Source: Octopus vulgaris (Eukaryota). Taken from it: a stretch of DNA of 64,000 nucleotides. Below, piece by piece: positions 36,001 through 45,800 of the stretch. Where the stretch lies: contig OX597826.1 of NCBI GenBank assembly GCA_951406725.2, positions 53,382,001 through 53,446,000 of the forward strand. The letters run 5' to 3'. Below the pieces are notes generated by a model, which had not been told where the DNA came from, ran no database searches, and worked only from the letters and a program-made list of their open reading frames with translations. Position 1 is the stretch's first letter. Each line of letters starts with the position of its first letter. Made by a program: the position numbers and the translations under genes.

Positions 36001-39000
36001 ATCCATGCTAGTGGAGCACTAAGAGCACCATCTGAGCGTGATTGTTGCCAGAGCAGCAAACTGACCTCATGCCGGTAGCACGTAAGCAGCACCATTCATG
36101 CGTGACCGACACCAGCACTTGTGCCGGTGGCATGTGAAAAAACATTCGAGCGAGGTCGTTGCCAGTGCCACTGGACTGGCTCCTGTGCAGGTGGCATGTA
36201 AAAAACACCATTTGAGCGTAGCCGTTGCCAGTACTGCCTGACTGGCCCTCGTGCCAGTGACACGTAAAATCACCCACTACACTCTTGGAGTGGTTGGCAT
36301 CAGGAAGGGCATTCAGCTGTAGAAACTCTGCCAGATCAGACTGGAGCCTGGTGCAGCCCATCTGGTTCGCCAGTCCTTAGTCAAATCGTCCAACCCATGC
36401 TAGCATAGAAAGTAGACGTTAAATAATGATGATGATGATCACAGTGATTAAAATTATGTGAAACCAGACTCACCAATTCTCCCGCTTCCTTATCATCAGG
36501 GTCTTTAGGTTTAGCCTGACTAGATCCATTAGTTGCTGATGGAGGACTACCTTCTTTCACTGAGCCTTCAGATTTTACACTTTCATCAGCATCGTTTCTG
36601 CCATCACTAAACATAAAACGAAAATATTTGTTACATTTATAACAGAAATGGTTCTCAAAAGTTTACAGACAAACAAACGAAGAAAAAAAAAACACAAAAT
36701 TCAATTTAGTTATGAGAATTGATTAGTAATTTTTGTTCCACATCCAATTTGTTTCATGAGATGGAGATTTGTTTAAACCTTTAGCATTCAGATTATTCTG
36801 TCAAATATAATATTTATTCATCCATATTGTTTTGAGCTAATCATGCATTATTTCGTAGCTTTAAGATTTCGATGATGTTATCACCTGTTTTTAGATTGAC
36901 ATTATAAGTTGGTGTGAGATACCAAATCTGGGCAGTTTTAACAGAAAACAGGTAGATTATTTGGGCCGGATATGGCTGGTTTAAACACTAAAGGGTTAAA
37001 CACATTAGGTTTCAAGTAGAATCTATTCTAAAAACTGAACAATTTATAGTATATCGGGGTTGTGGTTTTTCAGCTTGGTTCACAGTTATGTATCTTACTA
37101 AGAACACAAGGCATAGTCTGTAGACAGTACCCGTGATATATCACACAGGCATGTTCATATAGCATCTTTGATATACCACGTGTTCACACTATACCAATCA
37201 AGGAAGTGCAGCAGACAACATCTATGGCTGTCACAGAGACATATGATGGCCTCCATGGCATGTTGCAAAGGTATGTGTGGTCAGCAACCATGGCTTTTGT
37301 GCAAGCATTCATGGCTGCCACACAGCCTCTATGTCATTCCACTTCATTTCTTAAAAATTTGTTCATCAAATGTTTGAAGTTTTCTTCTAAGGCAGTGATT
37401 CTCAACCAGTATTTACTCATGGACCACTTTGATCTCTATTTTACTCAGGTGGACCCCCATAGCCATTCAATGTTTAAAAAATCCTCTTATATTTTTATAA
37501 TTAAATACTTTGTGTATTGTAAAAGCATAGTCAATTCATTGCACATAAATTTTAACAACCAAATCTTATATGGACCCTGGTTGAAAACCAATGCTCTAAG
37601 ATAACCAGAGCAAGCCGTAAAAGCCAATTTCAAGGAAAAAACTTACCTAGTTGGAGGAGGTTCTGAATTTTCTTTACTTTCAGAATCTAGAAAAAAAAAA
37701 AGAAAAAGAAAAGAACAAATCAAAATAACAATAAATTTAGTGATGACTATAAGATACAAATAAAATACGACAGCAACTAACAGTTGATATGCATAATTTT
37801 GTATCATCATAATTCTAAGATTCCTTTTCCCATGCTTGCATGGGTCAGACAAAATTGTTATGACAGGATGCTTTTCCTGTTGCCAACCTGCACTTGCATC
37901 CAAGCAAGTTAGTAATCCCTTAGTCTATCAAACAACAAAACAGCCTGGACATAGTCATGAAGTTTTGCTTATAAAGATTATGCAAAATGTCAAATAATCC
38001 AGACATGCTTTTGTGGTTGACTGTAAGCACATGACACTGCCCGATATATCATCATCGTTTAACGTCCGCTCTCCATGCTAGCATGGGTCGTTGACAGTCA
38101 ACAAACGAAGTTTGCTTTAAAAGTGTTGAGATGTATTGAAAGATACAGATAAGGAAATAATTTTATCCTCAAACACAGGATAATGCTAATATAGCATTAA
38201 CAGGATAAGCTATCCATATTTTGCAAAAAAATCTATTGGTAGCCAGATTTTTCTGCAAAATATGGATAGTTTATCCAGTTCATGCTATATTATTAGCATT
38301 ATCCTGCGTTTGAGAATAAAATTATTTCCTTATCTCTCTCTCTCTCATTATATATATATTTTTTAAAACCAAGGTCTGTCGTTTTGTTTGCAGACACCAA
38401 ATACATAAAGACAAGTGAAAACCATGCACACAGACATACACATATGCTGTTTATATACATGAACAGGCTACTTCAGTTTCTGTCTACCAAATTTCACTTA
38501 CAAGGTATTGGTCAACCCAGAACTATTGTATGGAATATCAGCTTACAACATTAATGCAGTGAAACTGAACCCTTAACCATTTGGTTTGGAAAGGAACTTC
38601 TAATTGGTCATCACCCTTTAACTCTACGCAACCTTTTTTTTACATTTGCAGGCGGCATCCCCGTCTCCTACTCTCTATACAATCTTGCAAGCAAACTTCA
38701 CATTTTCCCATGCTTGAATGAGTCAGACAGAATTCAGTAAGGCAGATTTTGTATAGCCAGATGTCCTTCCTGTCACCAACCTTTCCAAGCAAGATGATAT
38801 TTCCCCATGTCAGGACACGTCTTTGATGTTAGCTTTGAAAGAAACAATAGCGTTGTATGACAGGGATGCTCATTTACAATTATTGCAGGATATCAAAAGA
38901 AAGACGTGTGTAAGTGCACACTCACTCACACACACACACACACACACACACTGGTGTCCTTTCAGTAACATCTATGAAATTCACTCACAAGACTTTGGTC

Positions 39001-40850
39001 TGCTTTGATTTATATTAAAAGGCACTTGCCCAAAGAGCCAAGCAGCACAACTGAACCCAAACCAATATTGTCGGAAAGCAAACTTAACCATACAGCCGTA
39101 TCTGTAACTAAGTGAAATTGACTTACTGTCAAGTTAATGCTTTATGGTATAACAGGCCTCTGATACATAAACAGAGATTAAAAAACAAGGTAACTTTTGA
39201 CAAGTCACCAGACGAGGTACATCTGCACCGAATGATGCACCACAACGATTTGTACAGAATCTCACCAGTGAGGCACCAATGCACAATGGGTTGAAACCAT
39301 TGTAGTGATTAATAAAGAATCTCATGAATTCCATTTTCTCTTTCCCTCACATGGGTATGGATTCCATCAAATTTACTGAAATGTGAGAAGTGTCCATTTT
39401 GTCACTTTCCTATATTCATGCTTCTCTTCATAAGGGTTTGTTACAGAGCATGTTTCATTTTTATTTACTCAGCTCCTATAACTTTATATGGTTTTGTTTG
39501 ATTCTTTTAGTATGCATTAATGTAATGGAATTTTATGCTTGCTCTGATTAAAGTACTTCTATACAACCCTCACATCAACCACACAGATCTACATTCACAA
39601 ATTTGTAAAATTATTTTAATCAGACCAAGTAAAAATATTCCATTATAATTATAAACTTAAAGAACTAATAAAACACGTGCTAAAAAGAAAAAAATCAAAG
39701 CCAAATAATATAAAGGTGTAGGAGTTGAATAAATGAAAATAAAATGCTTAATGTTCCTATAAATAACCACTCTCTCTCTCTCTAAATCATATTAATGTTC
39801 ATTTTTCCGTGCTTGCTTAGGTCAGATGGGATTTACTGGGGTACATTTTGTGCAGCCAGATGCCCATCCTGCAGCCAACCCCCCACGTGTTTCCAAGCAA
39901 GATATTACCCCATTGCTGGAAATGTTTTCACAGAAGATTGAAAACAAAAGACAAGTTGTAAGATTATGACAGAGACACTCACAACTATCATGAAATGTCA
40001 AGACAAGCAAATACAAACACACATGGACAAACACCACACACACAATATATAAATATATATCATCATCATTTAATGTCCGCTTTCCATAGTGATGGTTTGA
40101 CTGAGGGCTGGCAAGCCAGAAGGCTGCACCAGGCTCCAATAACTCTGAGAGTGTAGTGAATGCTTTTTGCATGCCACCAGCACAAGGGCCAGTAAGGCAG
40201 TGCTGGTATTAACCACACTTGAATGGTGCTTTTTACGTGCCAGCAACATGGGAGCCAGTCAGGTAGCACTGGCATCGACCACGCTCAAATGCTGCTTTTT
40301 ATGTGCCACTGGCATGGGACCAGTCAGGCGGCACTGGCAACCACACTCAAATGGTGCTATTTTACATGCCAATCAGGCGGTACTGTCATCGGCCACGACA
40401 ACGACTTCACTTGCCACAACAGGTCTTCTCAAGCACAGCATATCTTCAAAGGTCTTGGTGACTTCCCATCGCCTCGGTGAGGCTCAACATTTGAAGGTCA
40501 TGCTTTACCACCTCATCCCAGGTCTGCCTTTTCCACAGGTTCCTTCCACTGTTTGGGAGCAGCACTTTTTCACACAACTGTCCTTATCCACATGCAACAC
40601 ATGACCATACCAGCGCAGTCATCTCTCTTCCACACCACATCTGATGCTTCTTATGTCCAACTTTTCTCTTAGGGCGCTTACACTCTGTCATGTATGCACA
40701 CTGACATTACACATTACACACACACACATATATATATAGTTCTGGGTTCAGTCCCACTGCATGGCACCTTGGGTAAATGTCTTCTATAGCCTCATGCTGA
40801 CCAAAGCCTTGTGAGTGGATTTGGTTGATGGAAACTGAAAGAAGCACGTG

Positions 40851-40891
<41 letters not shown>

Positions 40892-41787
40892 CACACATTG
40901 TGTGTGTACGCATGTCTCTGTTCTCCCAACATCGTTTGACAACCGATGCTGGTGTGTATACGTCCCCGTAACTTATCGGTTCGGCAAAAAAGACCAATAG
41001 AATAAGTATTAGGCTTACAAAGAATAAGTTCTGGGGTCAATTTGTTCGAATAAAGGCGGTGCTGTCAAATGACAAACAGGTAAATATATATATATATATA
41101 TATACACACACAAACACATATATATATATACACACACATAAAATCATCATTTAATATCCATTTTTCATACTGGCACAGAATAATGGATTTTTTTTTTTAA
41201 TGAAATTTTCTCGCAGGAGCAGACATGTGTAGATTATGCCATACAAAATGCCATGCAATTTACTTCAATACAACAAAAATAACTTGATTTTATTGAAATT
41301 ATCTACTTCGAGAGAAAGTAAACAAACATTTAGTGCTAATGCAACAGATATCATATGTCCCATAAGTAGTTACAATAATATTTGGTATTAAATTATGTTT
41401 CGCAGAAAAACCAGACGGGAAAGTGACAAAGCGGACACCTCTCACATTTCACAATGATCAGTAAATTTGATGGAAACTTCACTCAAAAACAATTGCAAAT
41501 GTAAAAGCACACACACACACACAAGGGTTTAAAGAAAATTGAAACATTTTATAGATTTGAATTGAGATCTAAATTACTGAAAGATGTGTTAAAAAAAAAT
41601 TAAAATTAATTTTGCAACATAGGCGCAGGAGCGACTGTATGGTAAGTAGCTTGCTTATCAACCACATGGTTCCGGGTTCAGTCCCACTGCGTGGCATCTT
41701 GGGCAAGTGTCTTCTGCTATAGCCCCGGGCCGACCAATGCCTTGAGAGTGGATTTGGTAGACGGAAACTGAAAAGAAGCCTGTCGTA

Positions 41788-41846
<59 letters not shown>

Positions 41847-42499
41847 CTGTGTTTGTCCCCCTAGCATTGCTTGACAACCGATGCTGGTGTGTTTATGTCC
41901 CCGTTACTTAGCGGTTCGGCAAAAGAGACCGATAGAATAAGTACTGGGCTTACAAAAGAATAAGTCCAGGGGTCGATTTGCTCGGCTAAAGGCGGTGCTC
42001 CAGCATGGCCGCAGTCAAAATTACTGAAACAAGTAAAAGAGAGTAAAAGAGAGAGAGTAACGTAGAATGAGAGGGTACATTTTCGACAAACGGAGCCTGC
42101 AAATCTGGTTTCAATCCCCCAGTTGATATCATTTGCTTTCCTTTAAGTTACCAAACGCCATTAAAGAAAGGAACGAAAATTATAACTCCTTATTTCGTAC
42201 AGTGTAAGCAATGAAAGGGGTTCTTTTATAAAAATAATGCCATATTTTTGAAGTGTTTTCGAGCCACAATTTATAAGGGAGGCAAACATAGAGATTAAGC
42301 ACGAAAAGGGAAAAGCTGATACGGTCGAGGCCAGAACCGGACTGGTGTAAAGCATCCAATATGTCGAAGAATAGATATAATGAATACATACGAACTTAGC
42401 TATCTACAGCAGCAAGAATACAAGAGCAAGCCTACCTCCATATAACCAGGCATCGTCGTCTTCAACTCCGTCAACTGTTGGCGGCGCAGTTGCATCCAT
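14866..42499 (-). CDS. FIP1L1: Pre-mRNA 3'-end-processing factor FIP1, complete 16-exon gene, 515 aa
   Basis: 16 exons total 1548 nt in frame. Motifs: N-terminal [13 protein letters not shown], Fip1 motif [47 protein letters not shown], Pro-rich region, RE/RD repeat, C-terminal [12 protein letters not shown]. Confidence 0.97.
15150..15275 (-). CDS. FIP1L1: FIP1L1 exon 15 (RE/RD dipeptide repeat)
   Basis: AG|gtaagg donor. Acceptor ambiguous: GAG acceptors giving exon start 15275 or 15272, or a CAG giving 15341. Confidence 0.85.
15753..15821 (-). CDS. FIP1L1: FIP1L1 exon 14 ([22 protein letters not shown])
   Basis: tag acceptor (TAG/AAG tandem), AG|gtgac donor, phases match. Confidence 0.85.
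18162..18257 (-). CDS. FIP1L1: FIP1L1 exon 13 ([10 protein letters not shown]...HWEN)
   Basis: ttgcag acceptor, AG|gtattg donor, phase 2-2. Confidence 0.85.
18310..18540 (-). mobile_element. SINE family C
   Basis: Reverse complement of the family C consensus. Confidence 0.8.
18648..19040 (+). mobile_element. 3' end of an RTE-like LINE
   Basis: Peptide [16 protein letters not shown]...[10 protein letters not shown]...LLWKP followed by a (GAAT)n tail. Confidence 0.75.
19861..19894 (-). CDS. FIP1L1: FIP1L1 exon 12 (34 nt; [12 protein letters not shown])
   Basis: ctttcag acceptor, CG|gtaaat donor. Needed to bridge phase 1 to phase 2. Confidence 0.8.
20113..20340. mobile_element. piggyBac-type MITE (family M1)
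   Basis: TTAA-CCCTTTAG...CTAAAGGG-TTAA termini. Further copies at about 30478-30717, 31854-32080 and 36774-36998. Confidence 0.75.
20603..20830 (+). mobile_element. tRNA-derived SINE with CORE/V-like central region
   Basis: A and B boxes, cttgagcaaaacacttta, gcgatggactggcgtcccgtccag. Confidence 0.7.
21715..22195 (+). mobile_element. SINE family D with internal tandem repeats
   Basis: Repeated tggcacgt.aaaagcacc units, (TGA)n tail. Confidence 0.8.
22481..22558 (-). CDS. FIP1L1: FIP1L1 exon 11 (Pro-rich)
   Basis: ttttgcag acceptor, T|gtaagt donor. Confidence 0.9.
23691..23916. mobile_element. piggyBac-type MITE (family M2)
   Basis: TTAA-CCC...GGG-TTAA termini. Inverted-orientation copy at 63477-63704. 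Confidence 0.75.
24035..24150 (-). CDS. FIP1L1: FIP1L1 exon 10 (RKPYPAP...GMPPP)
   Basis: ttttag acceptor, G|gtcagt donor. Confidence 0.9.
24277..24422. repeat. About 146-bp duplicated intronic segment, copy 1 (copy 2 at 27126-27272)
   Basis: Direct alignment by eye shows high identity. Confidence 0.9.
24533..24756 (+). mobile_element. SINE family C with about 18-bp TSD, nested in a family D copy
   Basis: aggttgctcttcctaaaa at 24517-24534 and 24755-24772. Confidence 0.9.
25261..25429 (-). CDS. FIP1L1: FIP1L1 exon 9 ([15 protein letters not shown])
   Basis: ttcgcag acceptor, TA|gtaagt donor, motif conserved with vertebrate FIP1L1. Confidence 0.92.
26287..26362 (-). CDS. FIP1L1: FIP1L1 exon 8
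   Basis: ttttag acceptor, A|gtaaga donor, phase 0-1. Confidence 0.88.
26678..26913 (-). mobile_element. SINE family C, low divergence
   Basis: Full-length reverse-complement match to other copies. Confidence 0.9.
27126..27272. repeat. About 146-bp duplicated intronic segment, copy 2
   Basis: Matches 24277-24422. Confidence 0.9.
27953..28062 (-). CDS. FIP1L1: FIP1L1 exon 7 (Fip1 motif second half, [17 protein letters not shown])
   Basis: cccag acceptor, ATG|gttagt donor. Confidence 0.97.
28128..28354 (-). mobile_element. SINE family C
   Basis: Match to 26678-26913. Confidence 0.88.
28675..29356. mobile_element. hAT (Charlie-like) MITE with nested SINE
   Basis: TIRs cagtgcttctcaaa / tttgagaagcactg, 8-bp TSD ggttagac/ggttagat. 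Confidence 0.85.
28848..29240 (+). mobile_element. SINE family B nested in the hAT MITE
   Basis: Full-length family B sequence. Confidence 0.9.
29895..30215 (-). mobile_element. Diverged tRNA-derived SINE
   Basis: Minus-strand head gtgaaggtgcatggctcagtggttagag with a CORE-like segment. Confidence 0.6.
30727..30858 (-). CDS. FIP1L1: FIP1L1 exon 6 (KGIDLEAVG...EDKPWRKP)
   Basis: ttcgcag acceptor, G|gtgagt donor, Fip1 motif start. Confidence 0.97.
31031..31080 (-). CDS. FIP1L1: FIP1L1 exon 5
   Basis: ttccag acceptor, G|gtaatt donor, phase 2-1. Confidence 0.88.
32306..32412 (-). CDS. FIP1L1: FIP1L1 exon 4 (acidic; VQVTIGDIK)
   Basis: tttctag acceptor, GA|gtaagt donor. Confidence 0.95.
32701..33936 (+). 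mobile_element. Full-length degenerate mariner transposon (Hsmar1/cecropia-like transposase pseudogene)
   Basis: TIRs tatcagattgagtaaaaagtaag...ttttgaa / ttcaaaa...cttactttttactcagccagata with TA flanks. ATG at 32878 ([14 protein letters not shown]...[12 protein letters not shown]), WVPHDL and [13 protein letters not shown] motifs. Stops and frameshifts present. Confidence 0.93.
34395..34878 (+). mobile_element. SINE family D with about 60-bp internal tandem array
   Basis: Three to four units of tggcacgtaaaaagcaccatccgatcgtggccgtttgccagcctcg, (TGA)n tail. Confidence 0.88.
35790..36440 (+). mobile_element. SINE family D / RTE-derived element
   Basis: Same 3' module, with upstream RTE-3'-like sequence. 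Confidence 0.75.
36474..36606 (-). CDS. FIP1L1: FIP1L1 exon 3
   Basis: tgtttag acceptor, TTG|gtgagt donor, phase 2-0. Confidence 0.9.
37393..37593. mobile_element. hAT-type MITE
   Basis: TIRs cagtgattctcaacca / tggttgaaaaccaatg, imperfect 8-bp TSD ttctaagg/ctctaaga. Confidence 0.7.
37647..37686 (-). CDS. FIP1L1: FIP1L1 exon 2 ([13 protein letters not shown])
   Basis: Long poly-U tract plus tag acceptor, AG|gtaagt donor. Confidence 0.9.
38147..38335. repeat. Fold-back hairpin, about 90-bp arms, 10-bp loop
   Basis: agataaggaaataatttt...ttttgcaaaaaaatct is the reverse complement of 38245-38335. Confidence 0.9.
39447..39750. repeat. Degenerate fold-back / old MITE
   Basis: ttttatttactcagctcctata...ctgattaaa pairs with ttttaatcag...tgtaggagttgaataaatgaaaa. 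Confidence 0.55.
40060..40705 (-). mobile_element. RTE LINE 3' end joined to the family D module
   Basis: Minus-strand peptide [13 protein letters not shown]...LRWYGHVLH...GKGRP upstream of family D repeats and (TGA)n tail. Confidence 0.75.
40740..41080 (+). mobile_element. SINE family B (5'-truncated)
   Basis: Match to family B. Confidence 0.85.
41621..42050 (+). mobile_element. SINE family B, full length
   Basis: tRNA-like head, internal (TA)n(TG)n, gtaaaaga tail repeats. Confidence 0.9.
42436..42499 (-). CDS. FIP1L1: FIP1L1 exon 1 coding part ([21 protein letters not shown])
   Basis: ATG at 42499, conserved acidic-WLYG motif, G|gtaggc donor. Confidence 0.93.
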
Positions 42500-42793
42500 T
42501 ATTAAGATTTGCACAACAAATCACGGACTAAAATCTCACGCAAACGAGACTTTATTGTTTCCTAGTTATTTTTCTTTTCGCATAATGTTTTTAGTAAACA
42601 CGAATCTTGTATTAATTTTTTTTTTGAAAAAGAACTTTCCTTTATTTTAAAATTATAACGTATGTGTCCTTTTTATTTTAATTTAAAAGTTGAAGAATTC
42701 CAAAGATAAAAGTATGCTACTTTTAGAAAATATCTTCTGCATTAACATGTAAAAAAAAAAAAAAAAAATTGCGGTGTAATATTAAATAGTAGC
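42500..42793. promoter_or_regulatory. Bidirectional promoter and 5' UTRs shared by FIP1L1 and MTIF3
   Basis: Divergent ATGs at 42499 (-) and 42794 (+). The interval has no recognisable TE. Function is inferred from position. Confidence 0.7.
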
Positions 42794-42825
42794 ATGGCTG
42801 CAATTGCTGTCGGTCAACGAAGGAT
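42794..42825 (+). CDS. MTIF3: MTIF3 exon 1 (MAAIAVGQRR)
   Basis: agcATGg Kozak-like context, AT|gtaagt donor, phase 2 matches exon 2. Confidence 0.8.
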
Positions 42826-45800
42826 GTAAGTGGCATCATATTTTCCTACGATTTATTGACACCGATATTGTATATATACAGCATTAATTTCAATCATGTA
42901 CATCTACATATTTTATTCTTTAAAAAAAAATTACTAAATTTTAAAACATTATAGTTTTATTTCTTTAGTAAATTTATTGATGTTTGTTGCAATTTCTGCT
43001 ATTTTGGTTAGTGTCTGTATTTATTATTGTGAGTTTTTTATGCTTTGTGTAAAATAAGTAACAGCGGCTCTCGTTTTTTACCAGTCTACGTATTTGTGGC
43101 TCATTAATTCAACCGTACGATGTCAGTACGCTTGTCATTAACGACGTTAAAGCTCAACGGCTCTGTTGACCTCTGTTGTCTTTGTTCCCTTTGGATCTGT
43201 TGTCGCTTCTTATGTCTGCTTCTGGTCTATTCAAATACTCAAAGTTAACTAACTGTATGTTTAATAAACAAAAACAAAACTGAGATGACCTATGTCATTA
43301 ATATATAAAAACTTCCCCCGAGATTTTTAAAATCTAAAAACAATATATAAGCGAGATAACTTTCTGTAAATCAGTTAATTGACGTGTTTCGAAAATAAAG
43401 TTTAAAACAGAGAGTGGACCTTGTCTTTAAAGCAATGGACAGGTTTCGGTGTTATTAGTGCTCTTCAGGAAAGCATGATCATCTGACATGCTAAAGGTGG
43501 TAAATATGTACGTATATGTATACAAATATATTTTGCATGCACACACACATATATGTGCGTGTGTGTGTGTATAGGTATGTTTATATATGTATGTATGTAC
43601 TGAAAATCTGGTTGTTACCAACACTGTTTAAGCAGAAAAAAAAATATATAAAACCACCCAAGATCTAAGGACTGGCATCTCATAGATTATATTTTGATCA
43701 GAAAGCATCATATAAAAGATGTTTCAAGGGCTCGGCCCATGAGAGTAACATAAAATCTTTCAATAATGCCTAACAGTCAGCAGTCTGGTTCTGAGGTACC
43801 CAAAAAGTTAAATGTTGCAAACTTCAAATTACCAAGCAACTTGCAAAGATTCCATAATGCTATAGACAGTATCAATCTTGACCCAAACAATCTATGGGAA
43901 GATTTCAAAACAAAAGTATTTCAGGCGCAGGAGTGGCTGTGTGGTAAGTAGCTTGCTTACCTACCACACGGTTCCGGGTTCAGTCCCACTGCATGGCACC
44001 TTGGGAAAGTGTCTTCTACTATAGCCTCGGGCCGACCAAAGCCTTGTGAGTGAATTTGGTAGATGGAAACTGAAAGAAGCCTGTCGTATATATATGTATA
44101 TATATGTGTGTGTTTGTATGTCTGTGTTTGTCCCCCCAACATCGCTTGACAACTGATGCTGGTATGTTTACGTCCCCGTTACTTAGCAGTTTGGCAAAAG
44201 AGACCGATAGAATAAGTACTAGGCTCACAAAGAATAAGTCCTGGGGTCGATTTGCTCGACTAAAAGGCGGTGCTCCAGCATGGCCACAGTCAAATGACTG
44301 AAACAAGTAAAAGAGTAAAAAAAAAAGAGGCTGCAAGTTCATCAGTGGGATTTAAATCATGTAAGTCCAGTGACTGATTCTTAAACAAATCAGCAGAAAT
44401 TCATGATCTACTTTCAGAAAAACAAAACTTAGGCAATACACTTCCTTGGACTCCAACTCAAACAGAAGTGTACAGAAAGCTGAAAGGGAAAGTGCAGACT
44501 GCTCTACGGAAAGTTAAACTGGAATTGTGGAATGATTGAGCCAAAGGAGCACAAGAAGCAGCTGATAGATGCCAAGGGTTTGTACTCTTATGTTAAGGAG
44601 GTATATGACTCAAAATCTTCTTGTGCTCCTTTAGCTCCAGTGAAAACAGCAAATGGACTTTTGCTTCTGACTGTTAGGCATTATTGAAAGATTTTATGCT
44701 ACTCTCATGGGCCGAGCACTTGAAACATCTTTTATATGATGCTTTCTGATCAAAATATAATCTATGAGATGCCAGTCTTTAGATCTTGGGTGGTTTTATA
44801 TATTTTTTTTTCTGCTTAAACAGTGTTGGTAACAACCAGATTTTCAGTACATATATACGTATATAAACATACCTATACACACACACACGCACATATATGT
44901 GTGTGTGTGCATGCAAAATATATTTGTATACATATACGTACATATTTACCACTTTTAGCATGTCAGATGATCATGCTTTCCTGAAGAGCACTAATTAGTG
45001 CTCTTCAGGAGCACAAGAAGAAGCTGATAGATGCCAAGGGTTTGTACTCTTATGTTAAGGAGGTATATGACTCAAAATCTTCTTCAATAGCTCCAGTGAA
45101 AACAGCAACTGGACTTTTGCTTCTGACTGACACCGCTTCTATTCATAGGCGCTGGATAGAACATTTTTCTGCACTCTTGAATAGACCATCATCCGCTGCC
45201 ATGAGGATGATAGAAAAAAAAAATCAAACGCCTTCCAGTTATAGAAGAGATGGCATTTGAACCAACTCTAAATGACATTTATTTAGCTGTGAATAAGCTG
45301 AATAACAATAAGTCTCCAGGGTCTGATGGAATCTGTGCAGAGGTCTTGAAATATGAGGGGGTTACAAAATGTTTGAACTCTTAACCTCGGGTTGACCAAA
45401 GCCTTGTGAATGGATTTGGCAGACGGAAAATGAAAGTAGCCCATCATATATATTTATATATGTATGTATGTGTGTGTATATGTTTGTGTATCTGTGTTTG
45501 TCCCCTCTTCCCTCCAACATCGCTTGACAACCGATGGTGGTGTGTTTTTACGTTCCCATCACTTAGCGGTTCGGCAAAAGAGACCGATAGAATAAGTACT
45601 AGGCTTCCAAGGAATAAGTCCTGGGGTCGATTTGCTCAACTAAAGGTGGTGCTCCAGCATGGCCGCAGTCAAATGACTGAAACAAGTAAAAGAGAAAGAG
45701 AATCTACCTTACATCACCACAGTTGTGACATATCTATGACAGATCCCTAAAGTCATTATAGATAAAAAAAAATAAAGATCTTCCATAAGTCATTCAGACT

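Noticed and set aside
39195-39260. Possible additional hammerhead (CAGACGAG-stem)
   Set aside because: It lacks GAAA and stems I and III, so it is too degenerate to support.
43120-43248. ATG-initiated short ORF as an alternative MTIF3 first exon
   Set aside because: It stops in frame without a good donor. Exon 42794-42825 fits phase and presequence character better.
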